A stretch of 63,983 bases of DNA, the filler included, from Trichomonas gallinae (taxonomy: Eukaryota), in the NCBI GenBank assembly GCA_008369845.1. It is 10 parts of 10 records of this genome, joined end to end, with 100 filler letters (N's around TTAATTAATTAA, not from the genome) between each part and the next. Parts side by side here need not be neighbours in the genome. Positions count along the whole stretch, not along the records: positions 1 to 18,964 come from MRSU01000407.1; 9 more parts are not named here. One strand, written 5' to 3'. Positions 1-11,519 of this stretch are shown here, in pieces. The position numbers and the translations under genes were made by a program. The notes below the pieces were generated by a model, which saw nothing but the letters and a program-made list of their open reading frames with translations, was not told the origin of the DNA and ran no database searches. Positions within the stretch are counted from its first letter, which is position 1. Every line of letters starts with the position of its first letter.

Positions 1-80
1 TAATCGGTCCTAATACTCACTTTTGGAGAGGTCATCCAAAATAGACGATAGACCGCTATTTGGCCGGAGCGGACCCTTAA
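1..80. mobile_element. Probable terminus of a Kolobok-like DNA transposon (reverse complement reads TTAA|GGGTCCGCTCCGG), truncated by the window start
   Basis: GC-rich patch ending ...GGACCC|TTAA at 71-80. It resembles the TTAA|GGGACCGTTC termini at 59818 and 61510. A TTAA target with RR termini is the Kolobok signature. Confidence 0.45.
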
Positions 81-1344
81 GGATATAATAGAGCAATGAA
101 TTTAATTAAAATACATATCCATAATTTTTACAGCTTCTCATCTCCAAAAGATTAGGGTATTTTTTTTGCAGTTTTTATATGCAAAAAGATTATTCAGATT
201 TCAGTTACTACTACTGATACTGTCAAAAATTTCTTATAATTTTTTCCCCTTTATTCTCTAAGAACATCGACGCAAGTTGGTAATTCGGCAACTTTTGTCT
301 TCTTAAAATATTCATCAAGCACATATAGACCGTAATATCGTAACCATTTACTAAAATGATTTCAAATTCGTTCGACATCGGTAGAATTGCACGAATCTTG
401 CTACACGCATTCATTTTAATGAGTTTATTATGGAAATGATTGTAAATTTAAGGAATTTAGAGTTTTAGTTCATGATTGTTGTAAGAATATTTATGTTGCC
501 ATCATTTATAATGCTATTTATAATACAATATGCAATTTATGCATATAAATAACAATTATTGGCCTTAGGAAATCGATTTCGTTGTTTATTCCTGCTGATT
601 CCAATAACAGCCGTTTCTTTCTATAATTCCATAGACAGACTACATGGAGTACAATTTGTGTTCATTAAAAGTCATTTTGTCTGAAAATGGATATTTTTTT
701 GCATAATTCAACAAATAATAAGCGCTTGTAAGTTACTTGCTTGAAGCTATATTCATATAAAATTATTTGATGGCATTCACATGATGAGATTCTATCCTCA
801 AAAATTAGAAAAAAATTTTTATTGTAAAAGTCCCTGCAAAGCAAAGAAATGAAGTTTCTATAAGGAATAATGATATTTTAGCTGCTTATGATTATTAATT
901 ATCAATGCTAGTATATTCTCTAATAAAAGAAGAACAAAATGTTATGAAAACATAAAAATTTATTTAACATTTTGCAACATTTGTAATCTCTGGAAAACAA
1001 AGAAAGTCAACACGATTTTAAAATTTATTATTAGAATTAGGAACTAATAACCGTATTGATAAAGCAGTATTTGCATCATAAACCATTTCCTTTTAACAGG
1101 TTGTGTTATTAATCTTAATATTCTTCGGGATAATAATATTATATTCATGAATGGGTCGCATTTCTTGCAATCTGAACTTCCATTAAGACCAGCAATTTTA
1201 TTGACAGACGGTTAGCTATGTAATTCGTTATTTTTTTTTTCAATATCTATAGCTCATTTATGTCCATATAAAATTGAACTATCCGACTTCTTATATTGAT
1301 TAAATAAATGGTTATGGTGAAATAGTTAGTGTTTATTGATTTGC

Positions 1345-2877
1345 TTACTCAAAGTTTTGGTATTTGCCAGCACCTCCATCGGTGACTGGAACTTCTGTAT
1401 CATCTTTTGGAGATGAGTTCTTCTTCTTGTTGTAGATGATAACGGCAACAATAGCTGCAGCGATGATCAAAACTGCAAAGACTATTGGAAGAACGATAGC
1501 CAAAACATTAACTTTCTTCGGCTGGTCGTTGGAAGTAGATTTGTTTTGGCCAGAAGGAACAGTACCATCCGTTTTATCATTGTTTCTTGGCTTTTTATTA
1601 TCTTCTCGTGTGCCGTATGTGATTTGATATTCCTTCACCTCAGAAGCGACACCATCAAATGCTTCACACCATAGTTTAAGAGTGATTGTCTTTCCTTTTT
1701 CAAGTTCTTCTGGGAAGTCAATAAAGTACCATTTATCATTGTCGGTATCTATTCTTCCATCATTTCCGAATGTGGATTTGTAGCTAACACATTGTCCCTC
1801 GGTTTGAATGGAAATAATAGATCCATCCTTGTAGAATGACTTTGGCGGATAGTTAACCTCAAAAGTAGGTCTTTTAGATCTAACAGTAATCCAACCAGTA
1901 ATACTATTGATAGAAGTCTTTTTCCCAAGTGCATAAATTGAATATTGGATCGACTTATTCAGATTTTTGAGTGGAATTTCGAAATCTTTGAAGGTTTCAT
2001 TTCCTTTTGTTTCCCATACAAATGTATATTTCTCATTGTTTGTAAGATTTGCGACTATTGTGATATTATCTTGTTTATAATTCTTGTTCTTTGTGATACT
2101 GCTGTCATAATCGTGCATTCTGAATTTAATTGTAGCATTTTCACCTTTCTTATAAAATTCTTTCTTCATTGTATAGTCGACGAGTCTACCAGCTGATCTG
2201 CTCTCTGAGTTTTGTTTCGACATGAAACCTAATCTGAGCGTTTCGCCTCCTTTAATCAGTTTGTTCTTCCATGAAAATGCAATAACTGAATCTGTGTTAT
2301 TGGTGTGCATTACTGATTGATTCATAAAGTAGTGGAATTTATATGGGTCAGATGTTGTTGAATTATCCGCTTCTCCAATGAACAATGTATCAACTGGTGG
2401 GAAATATCCATCGTTTTCTAATTGGAAAACAGTCTCCTGGCTACCACCGTCGACCCAAAATCCTCTACCGTTTGCAAACTTTTTAACATAGACATTGTCT
2501 GCATTCCACTTTGAGCCGGGGACTTTGAAAGCGATATCGCCAAAAACTCCAAGATCGATCGTCCTTGCGAAATAATTATTATTTGTAATATTGAAATTGA
2601 TTATAAGGTAATCCATGATCTTGAAAGCATTAAATTTCACATCAACCTTATCAGTTGTTGATGAGTTTGTATCTGATTTAACAAGTTTCAAATCTAATTG
2701 TTTTCCAGTGTGATCATAAACATAGTAGGCGACGAAATAACCTCTTCCATTTGTTGTAGAGATATGCTGTGCATTGTTGGAAATATAGTCAATGTCAAAG
2801 AGGGCATTTTTATCACTGGCCTTAGCAAGATCAACTGAGGCTGCTTCAAGAGAATGTAAGAAGAAGTATGCAAACAT
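1345..2877 (-). CDS. Predicted single-pass surface protein (signal-like N-terminus, beta-rich ectodomain, TM helix, cytoplasmic YQNF motif)
   Basis: 510-aa ORF with a hydrophobic start, TM segment VLAIVLPIVFAVLIIAAAIVAVIIY followed by a KKK stop-transfer, and a C-terminal YxxPhi motif. Confidence 0.8.
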   Translation of the reverse strand: MFAYFFLHSLEAASVDLAKASDKNALFDIDYISNNAQHISTTNGRGYFVAYYVYDHTGKQLDLKLVKSDTNSSTTDKVDVKFNAFKIMDYLIINFNITNNNYFARTIDLGVFGDIAFKVPGSKWNADNVYVKKFANGRGFWVDGGSQETVFQLENDGYFPPVDTLFIGEADNSTTSDPYKFHYFMNQSVMHTNNTDSVIAFSWKNKLIKGGETLRLGFMSKQNSESRSAGRLVDYTMKKEFYKKGENATIKFRMHDYDSSITKNKNYKQDNITIVANLTNNEKYTFVWETKGNETFKDFEIPLKNLNKSIQYSIYALGKKTSINSITGWITVRSKRPTFEVNYPPKSFYKDGSIISIQTEGQCVSYKSTFGNDGRIDTDNDKWYFIDFPEELEKGKTITLKLWCEAFDGVASEVKEYQITYGTREDNKKPRNNDKTDGTVPSGQNKSTSNDQPKKVNVLAIVLPIVFAVLIIAAAIVAVIIYNKKKNSSPKDDTEVPVTDGGAGKYQNFE

Positions 2878-3744
2878 TATTTATGACAAATCTGTCGAAT
2901 CCGTATACTCTCGAAAATTAAATCAAATATATAATTTATTGAAAATTTTGAATCCATTTAAATGGATCACAGAAAAATTGAAAATTAACGAATTAACCAT
3001 AAAACATAATATTGATCTACACAATCACAAGATTAAAATATCGAATAAATATCTTCAAATATTTTTGTGAAGAATATGTCAAAAAGAATCTATATAAAAA
3101 TGAATCCGCAATCAATCCTTACTCTTTATTCATTATTTAATTACGCATATCAGATTGGAAACTTGCTTAGATAAAACAATTTCTATTGCTGTGTCATAGC
3201 TTGTCTGTCAATTAATTTTCTTATGGCATTTAGATATATACGGCATATATATTAAAAATATTCGAAAAATTTTTCCTTCCTTATTTATCTAGAAAAAAAA
3301 AAAAAAAAAATCGAGATTAAAATGAATAAGGCTAAACAACTTCTTTATGCCATACTAATGGTACCCAATTATATTTTTAAAAACAGAACCAGATTCAGGA
3401 GTTCTGTGAAAAAAACCTGCCTGTTTATTTTCTGATGGAGCAGATACATATACGTTTTGAATATATTATATTAATGGATTATATTTTTTGCTTTCAAAAT
3501 TATTTCGAAATTGGAAGCACATAACGGCAAAAAATTCCATTGTCATTTGTTTTCCTGTATCTCCTGATACTTTTGTATATCTTCACACACTTTACAAACT
3601 GCTAATGACAGTTCGTAATAATCAGATGGAGAAATTTCAACCCCGTACTTGTGAAACAGCGAGGAAAGATCGGAAGCAAGCTTTTCATCAATAAATTTAG
3701 CTAAGTTTGGTGCGCGAATTTTAATTGGAGATAATTTAACTTCT

Positions 3745-4431
3745 TCATAATTTTTTTTCTACTTTTATAGGCGATTTCCGAATTTTCTGAGGAGAAGGCG
3801 TTTTGATTTTCATCATAGAAACTTTAGATCTAATCGAAACAACTTCATCATTGATTTGAAAGCTTGCCAACTGTTGAAAACTATAATCTTTTTTCTCAAC
3901 TGGCTCTTCCACCTCATATTTGACTCCATATTCCTCACATAAATTTTTAACTGAATCTTCATCTGGTGGAGTTGATGTAATTTGCCACCCTTTATTGATC
4001 AGCTGGGCGCAGCATCGATGATATTGTTTTGCTTGTGATCTTAATTTTTGAGAAATCGTTTTTCCATTTATTGAAACTAATTTATCATCGAAGAGAACTA
4101 ATAGTGATAGCTTAAAATTATTTTGTAATGATAAGGGCGTATTTTTGAGTTCGATTTTAAGCGAATCATTGCATTTCAATGCAAGAAAATTATTAAATTT
4201 AGAAATTCGAGTTCCATTTGCACAAAATGTTCTTAAATTCGGCATATGTGGGAAGTTTTCAATTGAAATTAACTTTGTATAAGATAAATCAATTTCTTTA
4301 ATTAATTTTGAAATTTGTTTAAATTCTGGCAATGCAAAATGTTCGGAATTTAGAATAAGTTCACCAGGGAATAATAATTTTCCTGTTTTTTTCGCATGGT
4401 TGAGTCTTGTTATAAAAGCTGATGCAGACAT
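3745..4431 (-). CDS. Leucine-rich-repeat protein
   Basis: 228-aa ORF with LRR-like units (IKEIDLSYTKLISI, LRTFCANGTRISKF) and an LRR-cap-like LVSING. Confidence 0.7.
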   Translation of the reverse strand: MSASAFITRLNHAKKTGKLLFPGELILNSEHFALPEFKQISKLIKEIDLSYTKLISIENFPHMPNLRTFCANGTRISKFNNFLALKCNDSLKIELKNTPLSLQNNFKLSLLVLFDDKLVSINGKTISQKLRSQAKQYHRCCAQLINKGWQITSTPPDEDSVKNLCEEYGVKYEVEEPVEKKDYSFQQLASFQINDEVVSIRSKVSMMKIKTPSPQKIRKSPIKVEKKL

Positions 4432-4777
4432 TATTATTAAATGATTAAATGTTGTTAAAAAATAAAGATACCTTATCCATATATACCTTTATTTTAATCA
4501 CTAACATCACTATTACTAATATAATTTTTTTTTCAAAAATAATCATATAATATTTGATGAAAATTAATAGTTTCAATTATTATTTTATAACATAGCAAAC
4601 AGTATAATTTAATATAATTGCTAAATATTGATTTAAAATTAATTTTCAAAATAAAAAACCAGTAAAAGTCAAAAATTTCATTAAATATAGATTCTATATT
4701 CTATAAAGGATCGTTTTATCGCATCAGTTTTGCCTGAACATTTATGGAAATACATAACGTGCAGTGAAAGAAATTAT

Positions 4778-7153
4778 ATGAATCCAGAACGCCACACCAG
4801 ACTAGATCCATTGCTCAAAAAGCTTGGCATTGGTGTTTCTAAGGGCATAAAGCTGCGTGCATTAGATGAACTTGCGAAAATGGAGATTATTCCAAATTTA
4901 ATATCTCAACCTACTGATTTGTTGAATAATGTTATAAAACCAATCGTATTTCACTTTGATGATACATCAGAAGCAATCAGAGAACATAGTATCATTACAG
5001 CTACAAAATTATTGCAGCAACTTGGAAATAATTCTTTAGATGACACATATCGTACAATTTTAGAAATGATTTTCGTACGCCTAGAACGTGAAGATAAAGA
5101 AGAAGTGTCTAACAATCTTGTTGACTTACTTAAATTTCTTTCAGAATTACCAACACAAGATACGATTCCTTCTACATTCGATCAGTACTGCTATGAGTCA
5201 CTTGTTGCTATTTCTAAAAAATTAGATAGCAAAGATCCAAAAATGAAATTACGCGCATGTGATACTCTAGATTCAGTTGTTGATCATTGCTCTGAAGAAT
5301 TTTTACATCAAAACATCTCCGTTGTCATGAAAAATCTTATAATTAATCTTACATTTAGACAAGTTGAAATTCGCAAGCGTTCTATTCAAACTCTAGGCCA
5401 TGCATTAGTCAAATCTAGATACGTTATCGAAGATTTCGCCGAACTTGAGAAGGCTTTAGCAATGGATGAAAAATCTGCAATTCGAACTGCATTAGTTAAA
5501 TTTAGCGAGAGAATGCTTGTAGAACACCAAAATCGTACAGAGCTCTACGGGAAACATCTTCTTCCAGTCCTTGCTTCATTAAGCAAATTGATTCCAAACC
5601 ATCCAATAACTCCAGGCGAAGCAGTAAAACCAACAGAAGCAACAATCGAAGCAAAAGCAGCATTCAAGGCTCTAGTCAACATAGCTAATCAGTATTCTGC
5701 TGACTTAAAGCTCCAGGAGTCCCTTGAGCTCGACTTCGACCAGGAGAGGAAGATTCCATCATCAACATTGCAACTCATACATGAATACTTCGAGTCATAT
5801 ATGAAAATTATTCTTCCTCTCGTCGCTGATTGGCAGAATCGCACAAGGCAGTTAGGATATGCTGCTATTAAGTCACTTGTACATGTCTCCAATGCATATT
5901 CAGCGAGATATGCACCGCAAATCATTCAGTCGCTTGTTTCTGCTTTGAAGAATTTCCCAGACGAGTCTGAAGAAATTATGAGGTGCATGAGCCTGTTTTC
6001 TTCATTTACTGATCTTGGAGATATCAATGCTATTCTCCTTGACCAGATCGCCAAGAATGTCACAAAGGAACTGATGGAAGCTTTATCTATCGGAATAATT
6101 AACACACCAAACTTCACCGAAGAAAATTTGGGCCAAATTTTGGATTCATTGATTACAAACAAATGCTATGATGTTGTTGACGTAATCAGCCAAGTAGGAC
6201 AAGTAGTTGTTTCCCTCTGCACAAAAGATAAACAATTCACAGAGAAAAACACAATTGCCCTTGTACAAGTTATTTTAAGAATCTGTGAACATGCTGATGC
6301 ATTGCAACAGTTTGAAAATTGTTTCGATCATCCTCTCAAAGAAATTTTCTCACAGAACCTTACAGCCCTTTTAGACACACCAGCTAAGTCATACAGATTC
6401 GTCTGCTTGCTCTTGTCGACAGCTTCATCTGAGTCTGTTGCTGAGATTTCGCCATTTGTCTGCACTTCTCTTGTTCAATGTTTGACCTCGCCTCAAGCAA
6501 AGACGAATATTTACAAACTTTTAGCCAACCTTGCTTCAGCTCATTCTCTTCCAATTGTCACTAACGCTCTTGTCGAGGCAGTACTTAGCGATATGGATTG
6601 GAGAAGCGAGAAAGCCTACATTGCTGTTAGAGAAAACGCGACAGCAAGTTTCGGAGCACTTTTAAGAGAAAACTGTGTCAGCCAAGAAATCTTCGATTCT
6701 ATTGCTGATAAAGCTATTTCTAATACATTGGCATCACTACATGATCCAATATCAGATATTGTCAGGTCAGCTGCCGTTGCAACAATAAGAGAAGTTGTTA
6801 GAATGACACAAGATTTGGCTCCGAGATTTACTCGTTTGTTCGATGCTTTAAGTGATAGACTCAAAGATCCACTCGTTCCTGTTAGAGTTGGATCCGCAGA
6901 TATACTTGGTACCGTAGTCTGCAGATGCACCGGAGTTGATGATGTCCCAGGAAGACTTGAAGAAGTCATTATTTTCATGGATGATGGTTGTCTGGAAATG
7001 AGAGAATCAATTGCAAGATTCTGCATGATGGTTAGCGAGAATCCAGCATGGAAAGACTCAGTTATCAAGGCATTGGAGAAGAGCGATAGTTACTACCACA
7101 ATGAAGCCAAACAACTAGGAAAAGAAGTTCTGCATCAAATCCAGTCAAAATAA
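4778..7153 (+). CDS. HEAT-repeat protein, possibly DNAAF5/HEATR2-like
   Basis: About 790-aa helical ORF with repeated D..xR HEAT motifs (FDDTSEAIRE, LVADWQNRTR, LKDPLVPVR). The first ATG is at 4778. Confidence 0.7.
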   Translation: MNPERHTRLDPLLKKLGIGVSKGIKLRALDELAKMEIIPNLISQPTDLLNNVIKPIVFHFDDTSEAIREHSIITATKLLQQLGNNSLDDTYRTILEMIFVRLEREDKEEVSNNLVDLLKFLSELPTQDTIPSTFDQYCYESLVAISKKLDSKDPKMKLRACDTLDSVVDHCSEEFLHQNISVVMKNLIINLTFRQVEIRKRSIQTLGHALVKSRYVIEDFAELEKALAMDEKSAIRTALVKFSERMLVEHQNRTELYGKHLLPVLASLSKLIPNHPITPGEAVKPTEATIEAKAAFKALVNIANQYSADLKLQESLELDFDQERKIPSSTLQLIHEYFESYMKIILPLVADWQNRTRQLGYAAIKSLVHVSNAYSARYAPQIIQSLVSALKNFPDESEEIMRCMSLFSSFTDLGDINAILLDQIAKNVTKELMEALSIGIINTPNFTEENLGQILDSLITNKCYDVVDVISQVGQVVVSLCTKDKQFTEKNTIALVQVILRICEHADALQQFENCFDHPLKEIFSQNLTALLDTPAKSYRFVCLLLSTASSESVAEISPFVCTSLVQCLTSPQAKTNIYKLLANLASAHSLPIVTNALVEAVLSDMDWRSEKAYIAVRENATASFGALLRENCVSQEIFDSIADKAISNTLASLHDPISDIVRSAAVATIREVVRMTQDLAPRFTRLFDALSDRLKDPLVPVRVGSADILGTVVCRCTGVDDVPGRLEEVIIFMDDGCLEMRESIARFCMMVSENPAWKDSVIKALEKSDSYYHNEAKQLGKEVLHQIQSK

Positions 7154-7573
7154 CCCGAAAAATTTGATATATATTATGTTAAATTATACATTATTTCTTT
7201 GAATAAAACTTTAATTATCTAATTTCATTAACCAATATAAGAATTAAATTTTACAATTTTATATTCTCATTTATTTAACATAAACGAGTTGATATATTTT
7301 CAATATTCAAAGAAATCTTTTATTGAGTAAAATGAAATTAGTCAAAATGCAAAAATTATAGAATTTGAAAAATTGAGGTCAAGATTTTCCCCAATCTCCA
7401 CGATAAAAAAGAATTATATTATATAAATATGTGTTTTATTAAATAAAACATGGAGTCAAAAATGCATCAAAAATTTTGGAGCCATTTTCTCAAATATAAA
7501 AAGAATATGTCATGAATAACACAAAAACAAAAAATAAAACAAAAATTACGAAAAAAAATCAGCTTTTTTTCCC

Positions 7574-10500
7574 ACGACACAGATTCCGTCTCCGCCCGAA
7601 CAAGGGCGAGCGATAAAAACATTAAACAAGGATCTGACGAACCCGGAAAAGGCTTCCATTGGATGTCCCATCTCTAAAAAGTGGTTTGACAGCTGGGCAA
7701 CTTATTCTTCATATGACCAAAAATTTCATAAAGGTCCAAAGCCTTCGAGAATCGATAACTCAAGCATTATTTCAAATGGAAAACTATTATCTTTCGTTAA
7801 ACCGAGCCAATATGAAATATTAACGGTTGAAGCTTATAAAACATTACTTAGTTGGTACGGAGGCGATCAACCATTGATATATCCAGTAAGAAAAATGAAC
7901 GGACAGCGATATTTACCAACTGATATCATTATACTGCCTTGTAAATTTCATAAGAAAATTGAAGAATTCATTATGAGCGAAATAGATCAAGTCTCAAAGC
8001 TTAATAAGGAAGTAAGACACAGATTTAAAATCAGAGATATCTCTCGCCTTATATATTTTCCAGATGAAAATGATGACCAAAATTTTCAAGTTTTAAACGA
8101 CAACACGAGCTTAAAAACACTCAAAAATGTCAAGAAAATTTACGTTGATGTAAAAATTAATGATCATTGGAAATATCCAAAACAAAAACTGAAAATCATC
8201 CCTCTTCAAGAAGAATCCGACATATTCTTACCACCAAAGAAGAAGGTTGAAAAAATTGAGTCTCAATCTCAAGAAACAATTTCTCCAGAATCGTTTTATT
8301 TGAAACCGCCAGCTTTTAAGCCTATAACAAAACCACCAACAGAACAGAATCAAAAAACAGCATCTGAACCTGTAAAATTCCAATTCCCATCAATTTCATC
8401 TCAAAGATTAACAATTACTCCAACAGAAGAAAAACCCAAACCAAAGCCAATATTTCAATCAATTACTCTCAGTGACAGTGTCACTCGTACGTTTTCTCAA
8501 CAACCACATTATCATTCGAGTTATTCATCTCATCCTGGATCTATTGGCTGCAGAAACCTTGGCAACACATGCTATTTTAACAGTGGTATACAATGCATCA
8601 TGCATTCTTTGCCTTTATCAAGATTTTTGTTAAGTGATCATTGGCGCGAAGACATAAACGAGACGAATCCACTCGGCATGAAAGGAAAACTAGTCAGACA
8701 GTTCGCAGCTTTAAACGCACGCGAATGGTTAGGCGAAGAATCAGCTCTAGATCCATCAGCACTAAAAAGCGTGACAGGACAATTCGCGCATCAATTTTCA
8801 GGCTACCAGCAGCAGGATCCACACGAACTGATCATGTTCATGCTCGACGGCATCCACGAGGACCTGAACAGATGCAGGGTGAAGCCACAAGTCGAGACAG
8901 TCACAGGAGATTCAACGAATGACACACAAACAGCTTTGACAGCATGGAAGAACCACAAACTCAGGAATGATTCGATCATCGTCGATTTATTCCACGGCCA
9001 GTTAAGGTCAAGATGCATCTGTCCAAAATGCAATTGCACGACTGTAGTTTTTGATCCATATGTTGCCATTTCTCTTCCGATTGCACCTCCAAACCAGAAG
9101 GCGGCAGAAGTACTCTACATTCCTTATGATATGACGGAGAAGCATCAGTGGCTTTCAATAAAGGTTCCGAGGATTCCAACAGTCACCGACTACGAGAATT
9201 CTATAAGGGACATGATAGGCAGCGACGTCGCCGTTGCCTTCCTCGCGGACGGATTATACGGAACTAAGTTATACTGGGATCCAACGCGCGCAAATTATTC
9301 AACCAATCTGACAATCGTAGCTTTCGAGATTCCTCTCGATGACACTTGGTATGTACCAGTTCAGATATATATCAGCTTACAGGGAGAGTTTGCATGGAGT
9401 ATGAGTTCACAGCCGACATCTTTCTTCTATCCTTTCTTAGTAGAAGTTCCAAACACAGACATAAACGCGCAGGATTTGGCGGACGCTGTTTCAGATAGAA
9501 TGGAGTATCTTTGGGAAGGAAAAGTCGAAAAAGAAGAAGAAGAATATGAAGAAGAGGAGGAAGAAAATTATGGATGCGCAAAGAAATTGCCGCCACACAT
9601 CAGAGCGCAAATCGAGATAGCAAAAATAAAGGCTGAAGAAGAAGAACAAAAAAGTGAAGAAGAGTCAGAACCTGACTTAACAAATAACAATCAAATTGTA
9701 TCACCTACAGGAAAAGTCCTCAGATTTAATCAGAACCAAATGAACAAATCTAAACATTCTGATTCAGAAGAGGAAGAAGAAAAACCGGAAGAAAACCAAC
9801 AACAAAGGAAAACATATGGATACAAAAAAGTTTCAGCAAAACAACTTCCTAAAATTGCAGAACAAACAAATTCAAACAAGATTCGACTCGGCGCATCATC
9901 ACAAAGCTCATGCGGAGGAGAAGAAGAATCTGAAGAAAGCAGTGACCATAAAGCACAAGAAAAGCCTAAAATCATTGTCAGCCAGGAAGAATATAACGAA
10001 GAGGAAGAAGAGGAAGAAAAGCCAGAAAAACTTCGTGGCATCGAAATGAAATCATCCTCCGAAGAAAACGAAAACGATAATGAAAATGAAAAAGGAAGTG
10101 AGGAAGAAGATAATCGCAACGAGCCAATCCAACCTAGTGACGACGAAGAGACACATTCAACACCCCACTCTACAATCGAAGAAGACTCACAAGCACATCA
10201 AGGCACAGGCAACGAAGCTGACAACGAAGACATTGATATTGAGAGTGAGCTTGCCAGGTCTCCAGACACAATCAAGATCCCAGACAACATCGAAGAGCAA
10301 GCACGTGCTATGTCATTCAATCCAAACAGCTCTGTCTCAGACACGGAAGACTCAGACAACCACATCATCCCGTCCCTTCAAGCCAAATTCGATTTACTTC
10401 CCGACAAACCGGAGAACGAACTTGAGAATCGCTTCCCACCACTTGATCCTCCAGTCCAGCAGTCTCGTCCTTCGATATTGACACCATTGTGGCGAAAGCC

Positions 10501-11443
10501 AAGTTCGGATCCACTTCCTTTACTCGAAAGTCACCAGGATGCGAAACCAGACAAATATCCAGAAGACAAATACAACGAAGGCTTGTCATCGGAGATGCGT
10601 AAGATCAAGGACAGGATCAGATTTAACAACCACGGATGCTCTGCAACAGAAAGATTTGTTGTCAAAGATCCATACAATTTCTCACCGTTCAGATTCACAT
10701 CAACAGATTTGCACGAGAACATCTCGAATACACTTATCCCGGTCTTGATTAATAGCGAGATTATCGACGTCAGCAAAGGCTTCTGCTTGAGCGACTTCCT
10801 CATGCACATTGACACAGATTCGCAGAAGAGGAGTGTTACAGACTCAAGAGGTGAGCAAGTCTCACTTGATCAGTGCTTCTCTTACTTCAAGCAGGAGGAG
10901 ACACTTGACCAGGACAACATGTGGTTCTGTCCTCACTGCCGCGACTTCGTTTGTGCGAACAAGAAGATGGACATTTGGAGCTGCCCAAAGCTTCTCGTCA
11001 TCCAGCTCAAGCGATTTGAGACAACAGAGACAGGTTCTGTCAAAGACGAGAAGCTCGTCAGCTTCCCTCAAGACCTCGACATGCGCGAGCACATTGTCGG
11101 CCCAATCAAGAAGTCAACAAAGTACAGACTTTATGCAGTTTCAGAGCATTACGGAAGCTGCAGTGGCGGTCATTGCACTGCGAAGGCGACAGTTCCATCT
11201 CATACAGGTCCTCGTGATTGGTTCTCATTCGATGACTCGCGTGCATCTAAGACGTCTTTCAGAGATGTTATGACTCGCGCCGCTTACGTTCTCTTCTACG
11301 AGAGAGTTGACGGCAACAACGACGACAACGTCCCTGAAGTCCTTAATCCAGCCGAAGACACGAAAACACCAGAAGTATATTCTTCTTCTTTCTCATCAAG
11401 CAGCATCTTCTCGAACTTGTCATTCAGATCTGGAATCATATGA
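7574..11443 (+). CDS. Ubiquitin-specific protease (C19; USP4/11/15-like: DUSP + split catalytic domain). Start codon uncertain; ACG at 7574 proposed
   Basis: Cys box GCRNLGNTCYFNSGIQC, QQDPHE, CPKC/CPHC zinc motifs, His box HYGSCSGGHCTA and FDDS. The frame is open from 7538 and encodes DUSP motifs (ISKKWFDSW, IDNSSI, LLSWYGG) upstream of the first ATG. Confidence 0.88.
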   Translation, partial: TTQIPSPPEQGRAIKTLNKDLTNPEKASIGCPISKKWFDSWATYSSYDQKFHKGPKPSRIDNSSIISNGKLLSFVKPSQYEILTVEAYKTLLSWYGGDQPLIYPVRKMNGQRYLPTDIIILPCKFHKKIEEFIMSEIDQVSKLNKEVRHRFKIRDISRLIYFPDENDDQNFQVLNDNTSLKTLKNVKKIYVDVKINDHWKYPKQKLKIIPLQEESDIFLPPKKKVEKIESQSQETISPESFYLKPPAFKPITKPPTEQNQKTASEPVKFQFPSISSQRLTITPTEEKPKPKPIFQSITLSDSVTRTFSQQPHYHSSYSSHPGSIGCRNLGNTCYFNSGIQCIMHSLPLSRFLLSDHWREDINETNPLGMKGKLVRQFAALNAREWLGEESALDPSALKSVTGQFAHQFSGYQQQDPHELIMFMLDGIHEDLNRCRVKPQVETVTGDSTNDTQTALTAWKNHKLRNDSIIVDLFHGQLRSRCICPKCNCTTVVFDPYVAISLPIAPPNQKAAEVLYIPYDMTEKHQWLSIKVPRIPTVTDYENSIRDMIGSDVAVAFLADGLYGTKLYWDPTRANYSTNLTIVAFEIPLDDTWYVPVQIYISLQGEFAWSMSSQPTSFFYPFLVEVPNTDINAQDLADAVSDRMEYLWEGKVEKEEEEYEEEEEENYGCAKKLPPHIRAQIEIAKIKAEEEEQKSEEESEPDLTNNNQIVSPTGKVLRFNQNQMNKSKHSDSEEEEEKPEENQQQRKTYGYKKVSAKQLPKIAEQTNSNKIRLGASSQSSCGGEEESEESSDHKAQEKPKIIVSQEEYNEEEEEEEKPEKLRGIEMKSSSEENENDNENEKGSEEEDNRNEPIQPSDDEETHSTPHSTIEEDSQAHQGTGNEADNEDIDIESELARSPDTIKIPDNIEEQARAMSFNPNSSVSDTEDSDNHIIPSLQAKFDLLPDKPENELENRFPPLDPPVQQSRPSILTPLWRKPSSDPLPLLESHQDAKPDKYPEDKYNEGLSSEMRKIKDRIRFNNHGCSATERFVVKDPYNFSPFRFTSTDLHENISNTLIPVLINSEIIDVSKGFCLSDFLMHIDTDSQKRSVTDSRGEQVSLDQCFSYFKQEETLDQDNMWFCPHCRDFVCANKKMDIWSCPKLLVIQLKRFETTETGSVKDEKLVSFPQDLDMREHIVGPIKKSTKYRLYAVSEHYGSCSGGHCTAKATVPSHTGPRDWFSFDDSRASKTSFRDVMTRAAYVLFYERVDGNNDDNVPEVLNPAEDTKTPEVYSSSFSSSSIFSNLSFRSGII

Positions 11444-11519
11444 TTTTGTAATATTTTTTGTAGTATTTGTATTTTTATTATATATAAACTATTATTATCC
11501 TTTTTCAAACCAATTTTAC

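Noticed and set aside
223..1230. 63-aa ORF and surrounding coding-like DNA (possible decayed BspA-like gene)
   Set aside because: Many stops and no motif I can confidently assign. Similar unassignable decayed-looking tracts occur near 14650-15250, 16880-18500, 31717-31910 and 55640-56020.
8641..11273. Many short overlapping or antisense ORFs inside USP and other large genes
   Set aside because: They are explained by codon bias and low-complexity acidic tracts, with no independent motifs.
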